From positions 1 through 43,347 of the forward strand of contig JBGPRA010000001.1 in assembly GCA_041489375.1 (NCBI GenBank): a DNA stretch of 43,347 nt, given 5' to 3'. Below, piece by piece: positions 8,696-15,404 of this stretch (position 1 is the first letter of the stretch; each line of letters opens with the position of its first letter). Position numbers and translations under genes: made by a program. The notes below the pieces were generated by a model. That model worked only from the letters and a program-made list of their open reading frames with translations, did not search any database and was not told the DNA's origin. This DNA is from Candidatus Bathyarchaeia archaeon. GTDB lineage: Archaea > Thermoproteota > Bathyarchaeia > TCS64.

Positions 8696-9787
8696 ATGAG
8701 CATAACAGTAGATTCTTTACAAAAAGGTGATGAAGAAGAAGTAATTAATTTATTAACTCAAGTCTTTGGTAGATGGCCTGGCTACGAAATATATTGTAGT
8801 AAAAAAAGATTTTGGGAGTGGAAATACCGTGATAATCCTTTGAATACTGAAGAAATTGTTGTGGGAAAAATTGATGATGAGATAGTTAGCTGTTATCATC
8901 GAATGCCTATCCGAGCCAAAATTGGCTTAAACATCTACTTGAGTTCGGCTGGCACCGATGTTGCAGTTCATCCCAGTGCTCGAGGTAAAAGACTGTTAAG
9001 TATAATGCAGGACAGATTATTTGTTGACGGGCAGAGGAAGAGAGTCAATCTTTATTGGGGAGTATCCGGAAACCCGATTATAGTATCGAAAGGTAAAAGA
9101 GAAAACTATGGCGAATTTCCTTATAAGCCATTTATATATTTCAAAATTAAAGACTTTAATTTACATCTAAGAAACTCTGGACCATATAATCATATCGAGA
9201 AAATAGGTTACCTCGTAATGAAAAACGTCATTGATGCTAAAAAATATTTTATAAGTAAGAAATATGTTGAATCTGCTATAAAAATCAGTGAGATAAAGGA
9301 GTATGGATCAGATATTGACGATTTCTGGAAAAACATAATTGATAGATATAATTTCATATTTTTAAAAGATAAAGATTATATGAATTGGAGATATTGCACA
9401 CCTGATGTGGTAGAGTATAAGAATTTTGTTGCATTAATAAACGATGAAATAGTAGGTTACTTAGTCATAAAAATTGAAAAAGGCAAATATTGTAGAGGAT
9501 ATATCGTGGATTTGTTAACTAATAATGATTTTCAATGCGTTTATGGGTTGATGGATGAAGCTATGAAATATTTTAAGCACAATAACGTGAATTATATTGG
9601 CTTTAACATGATAGATAAAAGCTACTATAGTAAAATAGCAGATTATTATGGTTTCATTAAAAGGCCTAAAAGTTTGTACTTCCATTATAACCGTGAGTAC
9701 ATCGGTATCGGGGATGATGAAGTAACTTTTCAGAGTAGTAGCGCAGATAAACTCTACTTTTGCAGTGGCGACACCGATGGGGTATAA
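8696..9787 (+). CDS. GNAT-family N-acetyltransferase, two-domain, low GC
   Basis: 363-aa intact ORF with an acetyl-CoA motif-A-like block GTDVAVHPSARGKRLLSIMQ. A second GNAT-like half is present (INDEIVGYLVIKIEKGKYCRGYIVDLL). Hand counts of 9181-9240 and 9301-9360 give 19/60 and 15/60 GC. Confidence 0.65.
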   Translation: MSITVDSLQKGDEEEVINLLTQVFGRWPGYEIYCSKKRFWEWKYRDNPLNTEEIVVGKIDDEIVSCYHRMPIRAKIGLNIYLSSAGTDVAVHPSARGKRLLSIMQDRLFVDGQRKRVNLYWGVSGNPIIVSKGKRENYGEFPYKPFIYFKIKDFNLHLRNSGPYNHIEKIGYLVMKNVIDAKKYFISKKYVESAIKISEIKEYGSDIDDFWKNIIDRYNFIFLKDKDYMNWRYCTPDVVEYKNFVALINDEIVGYLVIKIEKGKYCRGYIVDLLTNNDFQCVYGLMDEAMKYFKHNNVNYIGFNMIDKSYYSKIADYYGFIKRPKSLYFHYNREYIGIGDDEVTFQSSSADKLYFCSGDTDGV

Positions 9788-9842
9788 ACATATTATTCCA
9801 TAAGATACACGCACAGAAGGGTATGTGTGGGGACTATAATCA

Positions 9843-9866
9843 TATCCTCAGCTCCACCTGATACTC
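9843..9866 (+). repeat. 24-nt motif, copy C (TATCCTCAGCTCCACCTGATACTC)
   Basis: Lies in the GNAT/NTF2-like spacer and ends 14 nt before the ATG at 9881. 20/24 identical to copies A and D. Confidence 0.65.
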
Positions 9867-9880
9867 AACCGTGAAACTGA

Positions 9881-10332
9881 ATGGTTGAACGTACGGGAGT
9901 AAAACCCAACGAGGAAATCGATGAGGCATCAGTCAAGGAATGGGTTGGGAATTACCTCAACTATCTAAGAAACGGCGACGCGGAAGGATGGTCCTCACTA
10001 TGGGAAGACGACGTGATAATTCTATAACCCAACATGCCACCAGTACACGGTTTAGAAGCATGGAGAAGAATGATTGAGCCAAGTTTCGGCAAGTACAGTA
10101 ACAGCTACGAGACAATTGACTTGAAAATATATGCGAACACACCATGGCTTATGTCAGGTGGATAGGTGTGGCAACCAACGTTCCGAAGTCTGGAGGAGAG
10201 CCGATGAGGAACGAGAACAAGTCGGTGTGGTTGCTTAGACGGGGGCGTGATGGCTCGTTGAAGGCTGTTGAATGCATCTGGAGTCATAATCATCCCCCAA
10301 AAGGGGAGAGATCGTTCGTTTATGAGAAATAG
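9881..10332 (+). pseudogene. NTF2-like (SnoaL/DUF4440-type) protein, disrupted
   Basis: ATG at 9881 gives MVERTGVKPNEEIDEASVKEWVGNYLNYLRNGDAEGWSSLWEDDVIIL. An in-frame TAA follows at 10025-10027. The same frame then continues PNMPPVHGLEAWRRMIEPSFGKYSNSYETIDLKIYANTPW. A frameshift near 10140-10146 leads into AYVRWIGVATNVPKSGGEPMRNENKSVWLLRRGRDGSLKAVECIWSHN. Confidence 0.6.
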
Positions 10333-10365
10333 CGTAAGTGTCATCTCGTCATTTGAGAATAGCCT

Positions 10366-10389
10366 TATCCTGAGTTCCACCCGATACCC
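10366..10389 (+). repeat. 24-nt motif, copy D (TATCCTGAGTTCCACCCGATACCC)
   Basis: Starts 33 nt after the NTF2-like stop. It is followed by GTACGGTAG (10423-10431), which matches GTACGGGAG (9891-9899) after copy C. Confidence 0.6.
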
Positions 10390-10504
10390 TACCGCATGTG
10401 TGATTATCTCATACCTATAGTAGTACGGTAGACTCGCCCCCGCGCGTAATGAAGGTTTAAAGGGTCAATCTAACATTCTATGGGCACAGGTGTGTGATAA
10501 ATAA

Positions 10505-11803
10505 ATGGGGATGGATAATCTTAACAAATCTCCTAAAATATCCAGCAGAATATCAGGCTTCTACAAGATGCCTGTGGATGATCGAATAAAGATCGTCGCC
10601 GAACAAATCGGCCTAACGCCAGATGAGATCAAGCTCCTCAAGTCCGGGGGCGGCCTCGGAATTGAGCAGGCGGACCACATGACGGAGAACGTGATCGGCA
10701 CAATCTCCTACCCCTTCAGCGTCGCGGTCAACTTCATGCTCAATGGAAGGGACCTCCTAATCCCTATGGCGGGAGAGGAGCCCAGCGTTGTCGCAGCAGC
10801 CAGTAACATGGCGCGCATAATGCGGAATGGCCTCGGTATCAAGGTAACCAGTAGCCCACCTATCATGATTGGGCAAATACAGCTCACTGACATCCCCGAT
10901 ATGAGGAGGGCCATCGCTGTCCTTAAAGAGAAGAAACAGCAAATCCTCGCAATGGCGAACGAAGTTGACCCAGTACTCGTCAAGTTCGGGGGAGGCGCGA
11001 AGGACCTCGAGCTCCGCACTTTAGAGACAGCCGCGGGACCGATGCTCATCTGTCACCTACTCGTCGACTGTAGAGATGCTATGGGGGCAAACGCTGTCAA
11101 TACAATGGCTGAAACCCTCGCTCCCATGCTAGCTGAGCTAACAGGGGGAAAGTCCCTCCTACGCATCATCAGTAACCTCGCCGATAAGCGCACCTGCAAG
11201 GCGGAGGCGGTCGTGAAGAAGGAGGACTTAGGGGGTGAGGATAAAGTCGACAGGATCGTACAAGCATGGGCATTCGCTGACGCCGACCCCTATAGGGCTT
11301 CGACCCACAACAAGGGGATCATGAACGGCACAATCGCCGTCGCTCTCGCTTTAGCACAAGACCATCGCGCCGTCGAAGCTGGAGCCCACGCTTACGCCGC
11401 GAAAACGGGCAGATACCGAAGCCTCAGCAAATGGAGTAAGAACAAGGATGGCGACCTCGTTGGTGAGCTAGAGATGCCTATGGCTGTCGGATTAGTTGGT
11501 GGAGCCACGAGGAGTCACCCGATGGCGCAGATCGCTGTCAAGATACTAGGATGCACAAAGGCCCAAGAGCTGGGGGAGGCGATGACCGCCGTTGGCCTCG
11601 CTCAGAACCTCGGCGCCCTTCGAGCCCTCACACAGGAGGGCATACAGCACGGCCACATGAGGCTCCACGCAAGGAACCTCGTCGTCATGGCTGGCGCCAC
11701 CCCCGAACAGATGGAGGAAGCGGTTAAGCAGCTTATCGACTCCGGTCAGATCCGGTTCCTAAAGGCTCAGGAGATAGTCGCCAAACTAAAGGGACAGGCT
11801 TGA
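10505..11803 (+). CDS. hmgA: HMG-CoA reductase, class II type
   Basis: ENVIGTISYPFSVAVNFMLNGRDLLIPMAGEEPSVVAAASNMAR and DCRDAMGANAVNTMAE match class II (Pseudomonas mevalonii/MvaA-type) signatures. They do not match the class I EGCLVAS/DAMGMN signatures. Confidence 0.9.
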   Translation: MGMDNLNKSPKISSRISGFYKMPVDDRIKIVAEQIGLTPDEIKLLKSGGGLGIEQADHMTENVIGTISYPFSVAVNFMLNGRDLLIPMAGEEPSVVAAASNMARIMRNGLGIKVTSSPPIMIGQIQLTDIPDMRRAIAVLKEKKQQILAMANEVDPVLVKFGGGAKDLELRTLETAAGPMLICHLLVDCRDAMGANAVNTMAETLAPMLAELTGGKSLLRIISNLADKRTCKAEAVVKKEDLGGEDKVDRIVQAWAFADADPYRASTHNKGIMNGTIAVALALAQDHRAVEAGAHAYAAKTGRYRSLSKWSKNKDGDLVGELEMPMAVGLVGGATRSHPMAQIAVKILGCTKAQELGEAMTAVGLAQNLGALRALTQEGIQHGHMRLHARNLVVMAGATPEQMEEAVKQLIDSGQIRFLKAQEIVAKLKGQA

Positions 11804-12312
11804 CGATTCTCATAGACGACGCTGGTACCGGCGACCTCCTCTGGGGAGTCGTCATCGGTGCCTACCAGCCTGAGACCGAGACCTTCATCTATGATATAAT
11901 AGACGTCTCGTTCTTCAAGGAAGGAGCCTTCCAAGAGAAAAAGCACTTCGAGGAGGCCGCGAGGATCGTCCTGAACCTAGTCGAACGCCTTAACCTAAAG
12001 CCCTATGAGAAAATAAAGGTCTGCAAGGGCGACATCCTAAACAACGCCGCGGAGAAGCTGAAGGAGAGATACAGCGAGGAGGTGGTTGAGAGAGTGCACG
12101 TCGAGGGGCGCGCTCAAGAGCTCATCGAGGCAGCTTATATTAACGAGCTGAAGAACCTTGGGTATGAGCCGATACCCGATCGCATAGGTAGGTGGGGGAA
12201 AAGCTTCTGGCACATGTACGACTGGGTGAAGAAAGACCCAAATGAGCGGGTCAAGTGGGTGAAGACGGGCTTCCCCAACCTGAGAAAGTTCAAGATATTT
12301 CGGATGGGCTGA
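11800..12312 (+). CDS. Uncharacterised conserved protein, paralog 1 (RNase H/RuvC-like N-terminal strand)
   Basis: 170 aa. The TTG start overlaps the hmgA stop (TTGA). N-terminus is ILIDDAGTGDLLWGVVIG. It is clearly homologous along its whole length to the ORF at 32785..33306. Confidence 0.6.
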   Translation: MTILIDDAGTGDLLWGVVIGAYQPETETFIYDIIDVSFFKEGAFQEKKHFEEAARIVLNLVERLNLKPYEKIKVCKGDILNNAAEKLKERYSEEVVERVHVEGRAQELIEAAYINELKNLGYEPIPDRIGRWGKSFWHMYDWVKKDPNERVKWVKTGFPNLRKFKIFRMG

Positions 12313-12354
12313 TAATCTTATAACCCGTAGAGCGCCCAGATTCATCGAACAGCC

Positions 12355-12882
12355 TTGAAGCCCTGGCTTCTAAACATACTCGCCTGCCCCATGGACAAAC
12401 ACCACCCACTTGAGGCCTATTTCTACAGGTGGGAGACCTCCGAGGCCGAGATGGAGAAAATAGCAGCTGATGTGGGAAAGCCGAAAATGGAACGTGAGGA
12501 TAAGTACAGGATACTTAAGAAGCAGCTTAGAGATGGCACCATAAGTCCGCCATCTATAAGCGCCATCAAAGACATAACAGGTTCAAAGGCAGCCAACACT
12601 CTGCTGGCAAAAGCCTCAAAGCTCCTCCAAGGTAAGCCGGAGTCGAAGGAGGACATCGACGCCTTGTACAGCTACATGAACGTCCCAGACCTCGGCGAGG
12701 GCCTCCTATTCTGCCCCGAGTGTGACCGTTGGTACCCGATAGGGAATGCAGTCGATTCAATTCCTGAGCTGATGCCTGACGAGCTAAGAGAGGAGGAAAA
12801 GGACCTAGAGTGGCTAAAAAAGTGGAAAGCCGTTGTACCAGAGAAGGTCCTGAAGAAGGGGAAACCCTTTAAACCGGGGTAG
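12355..12882 (+). CDS. Trm112-like protein with a large internal insertion
   Basis: The N-terminal LLNILACPMDKHHPL and C-terminal LLFCPECDRWYPIGNAVDSIPELMPDE halves of the Trm112/UPF0434 fold are separated by about 100 charged residues. TTG start. Confidence 0.6.
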   Translation: MKPWLLNILACPMDKHHPLEAYFYRWETSEAEMEKIAADVGKPKMEREDKYRILKKQLRDGTISPPSISAIKDITGSKAANTLLAKASKLLQGKPESKEDIDALYSYMNVPDLGEGLLFCPECDRWYPIGNAVDSIPELMPDELREEEKDLEWLKKWKAVVPEKVLKKGKPFKPG

Positions 12883-13654
12883 GCGGGGAGGGTGCATCGG
12901 GACTCTGCGCAGCAAGGGAGGGCGACGGAGCCGCTTGGTTTGATCTCCACGTCGTCCAGACATACCAGAGGGCGACTACGCCCCACACAGTAGCTACCAC
13001 CTCAGCCAAAACCGCCCCCCACTGGCTTGCGTAGACAACCGAGAAATTGAAAAAGAAGTGAGCTGCAATTGCAGCACCAACATAAAATGGTTGTTTCTGT
13101 CTGAACGACTCGAGGACGAGAACGCTCATGCCAATGTGGAAAGAGATAGCTGCGAGTCTCTCCCAGAGCCCGATAAATGCCATCCACGCTGGAGTGGCGG
13201 CGATGGCATCTAACTGGACCGCAGTAAAGGATAGGGGATAGAAGTAGGCGCTTATTGCAGTACTAAGGACAGAGATGCCAACCAGTAGGATGGATTCGAT
13301 GCCGCCGTGGCCAGCCCCATACATCAGGCCATCCTCCAACCTATGATCCTTAGTAAGGAATCGGAAAGCAAGCCAGCGGGCTCCCTCCTCAAAGACGCCG
13401 GCTGTGAGAGATGGTACGGCTATACTCAAGTAGATATAGAGTGCACCGTTGAAGTTATTGTAAACCCAGAGACCTGTGTATGTATTTATCGGCGTCCTCA
13501 CGAGAAGAGCGATGAACCACATCGCGGCGCCGATGAAGAACACCCCATACTTCGCACCGATCTTGGAAGCGAGCCATAGACTCAGAAGCACCGGTATGAA
13601 TATCTCTAGGAGCCCAGCGATGAGCAGAGAGAGGAAAAGCGTGAAGCTAATCAT
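12869..13654 (-). CDS. Polytopic membrane protein, YhfC/CPBP-type intramembrane protease family
   Basis: Multiple hydrophobic spans carrying FEEGARWLAFRF, FHIGMS and AAHFFFNF (EExxR / H / HxxxN-like motifs). Its 3' end overlaps the Trm112-like gene by 14 nt, convergently. Confidence 0.55.
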   Translation of the reverse strand: MISFTLFLSLLIAGLLEIFIPVLLSLWLASKIGAKYGVFFIGAAMWFIALLVRTPINTYTGLWVYNNFNGALYIYLSIAVPSLTAGVFEEGARWLAFRFLTKDHRLEDGLMYGAGHGGIESILLVGISVLSTAISAYFYPLSFTAVQLDAIAATPAWMAFIGLWERLAAISFHIGMSVLVLESFRQKQPFYVGAAIAAHFFFNFSVVYASQWGAVLAEVVATVWGVVALWYVWTTWRSNQAAPSPSLAAQSPDAPSPPTPV

Positions 13655-13720
13655 GGGTAGGTAGTCGGGGGGGGCGTTAATACGTTTACCCCCACCGTAT
13701 TAATCAAAAACCGTACGCGT

Positions 13721-13885
13721 TTAGCGGCCTCTGCTCTTCGTTCTCTTTGGGCGGAGATTCTTACTATGACACTTTCGGCACTTAGTCGCAGCCTTTGAAT
13801 TAGTTGCACCGCACTGTCTGCAGACTGTCTTAAATAGATGCGCTTCGCGACTGAGTTCTGTTTTAAATGGGTCACGTAGTGCCAT
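13721..13885 (-). CDS. rpl40e: 50S ribosomal protein L40e
   Basis: My own translation of the minus strand gives [54 protein letters not shown], then TAA. It has a CxxC...CxxC zinc ribbon with a basic tail, as in archaeal L40e. A GGTGGATC Shine-Dalgarno-like sequence lies just upstream. At 54 aa it falls below the apparent length cut-off of the ORF track. Confidence 0.85.
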   Translation of the reverse strand: MALRDPFKTELSREAHLFKTVCRQCGATNSKAATKCRKCHSKNLRPKRTKSRGR

Positions 13886-14058
13886 TTCGATCCACCTTTC
13901 TAATGAGCTCTGAAGCTATACGGCTCGGAGTATATTATCTTTTCCCAGCACAAATGAATTAGAGAAGGACTCATTCTATCCAATCACTCTATAAAGTCTG
14001 ACTGACTCAGGAAAAGAGATAAGGGAAAAAAGACGCCTTTACACGAAGTGGCCCGGAA

Positions 14059-15402
14059 ATGATCGAATGGTTGGTCGCAATTTATTTCGCGAGCTTCATG
14101 GTCATTTCCATCTATACATTAGCACTGCTAGTGGTAATAATCAGATACAGGCGTTACAAGCCCCCTACCATGGTCGACATCTCAAAGGAGACGCCCAATG
14201 TTACTGTTCAGTTGCCCGTATACAACCCGGATAGGACTTCATTCATGCGGTGCATCGATGCAGTAGAAAAAATGTCATACCCTCCTGACCACCTCCAAAT
14301 TCAGGTATTGGACGACAGCACCAAAGCAGAGGCGACCAGCTTCGTGAGGGAGATCTGTGAGTCAAGGGGCATCGAACTCATACACAGGGATACTAGGGAA
14401 GGCTATAGGGCGGGAGCCTTCGCCAACTCAATGTCAAGCGTACATGGCGAGTACATAACAATCATTAACGTCGACTGTATACCGCCCCCACAATTCCTTG
14501 AGAAGATGGTCGCTACTATACACGCTCACCCCAGCGTTGGTTACGTGATGTCAAACCACGTTTACCACAATAGACTATCAAACAATCAGACCCAGGTTAC
14601 ATCAATCATCCTCGACTTGGGCATAATGAACTTGAACGGACTATCGATGCTAACTGGTGGGGGCGTAGTGATCAGAAAGCAAGCAATTTTAGACTCAGGG
14701 GGCTGGCAAGGAGATACAATCTGCGACGACTACGACACAGGGGCAAGAATACTATCCCGAGGATACGATTCACTATTTCTAAGGGAAATGGAGTTCCCCT
14801 GCGAGGCTCCCGAATCATTTGATGAGTATAGGAGGACAACTGAGAGATGGGCGAGAGCCTCTGGCCAGTATATCCGGAAGGATATGGGCACGATACTCAG
14901 AGGAAAGATGGATAAATTCAACAAGTTCTTACTCCTCACGTTATCCACAGGCTTTATCCAGATGCTTGCTAGCGTCTTCAACCTGTTCACTGCGCTGGCC
15001 CTCATCAGGTTCAACTCTATACCAGGGAGTCAATACGCTGTTCTCTGGAGCATAGTCTCCGTAACCGGGTTCTCACTCTACTTCTACTACTATAACGTTA
15101 CTAAATTCAGAGGTCTATCCATGAAAAGCAATTTCCGCAACCTAGTTCTAGCCGTAGTCATCGGATACGGCTCGATCTTCTTTGTAGCTTATAATTTACT
15201 CAAGGGGATCCTCGAGACTGGAACAGAAAGGGCTGTAATGAAGGTGAACTCCATGCCTGAGCATATCATCGTGGATGGGCTCTTCATTGTAGTCACTCTC
15301 TCCATATTTATTTTCGCGGTTTTCTATGGTAACACTATCTTAGCAGCTTATATGCTTCTCAACACAGTGGGGATAACTTTGATCAGAACAAACAAGGCAT
15401 GA
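14059..15402 (+). CDS. Family-2 glycosyltransferase, membrane-integrated (cellulose-synthase-like layout)
   Basis: N-terminal TM helix, then VQLPVYNPD and QVLDDSTK. The motif ERWARASGQ appears where QxxRW is expected. Several C-terminal TM helices. Confidence 0.8.
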   Translation: MIEWLVAIYFASFMVISIYTLALLVVIIRYRRYKPPTMVDISKETPNVTVQLPVYNPDRTSFMRCIDAVEKMSYPPDHLQIQVLDDSTKAEATSFVREICESRGIELIHRDTREGYRAGAFANSMSSVHGEYITIINVDCIPPPQFLEKMVATIHAHPSVGYVMSNHVYHNRLSNNQTQVTSIILDLGIMNLNGLSMLTGGGVVIRKQAILDSGGWQGDTICDDYDTGARILSRGYDSLFLREMEFPCEAPESFDEYRRTTERWARASGQYIRKDMGTILRGKMDKFNKFLLLTLSTGFIQMLASVFNLFTALALIRFNSIPGSQYAVLWSIVSVTGFSLYFYYYNVTKFRGLSMKSNFRNLVLAVVIGYGSIFFVAYNLLKGILETGTERAVMKVNSMPEHIIVDGLFIVVTLSIFIFAVFYGNTILAAYMLLNTVGITLIRTNKA

Positions 15403-15404
15403 CC

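Noticed and set aside
9863-9890. Integron attC-like core sites (ACTCAAC fits RYYYAAC, GTTGAAC fits GTTRRRY) next to repeat copy C
   Set aside because: The two heptamers are only 14 nt apart, far shorter than known attC sites. Equivalent heptamers are absent from copies A, B and D. No integrase gene is visible. GTTGAAC is also simply codons 2-3 of the NTF2-like ORF.
8421-10389. CRISPR array interpretation of the 24-nt repeats
   Set aside because: The copies are degenerate (18-20/24 identity) and irregularly spaced (81 nt, then about 1.3 kb, then about 0.5 kb). Protein-coding genes lie between them, and no cas genes are present.
13651-13875. 74-aa minus-strand ORF from the track
   Set aside because: It overlaps the convincing L40e reading frame (13721..13885) in another frame. 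Its translation is low-complexity and Arg/Ser/Ala-rich with no motif.
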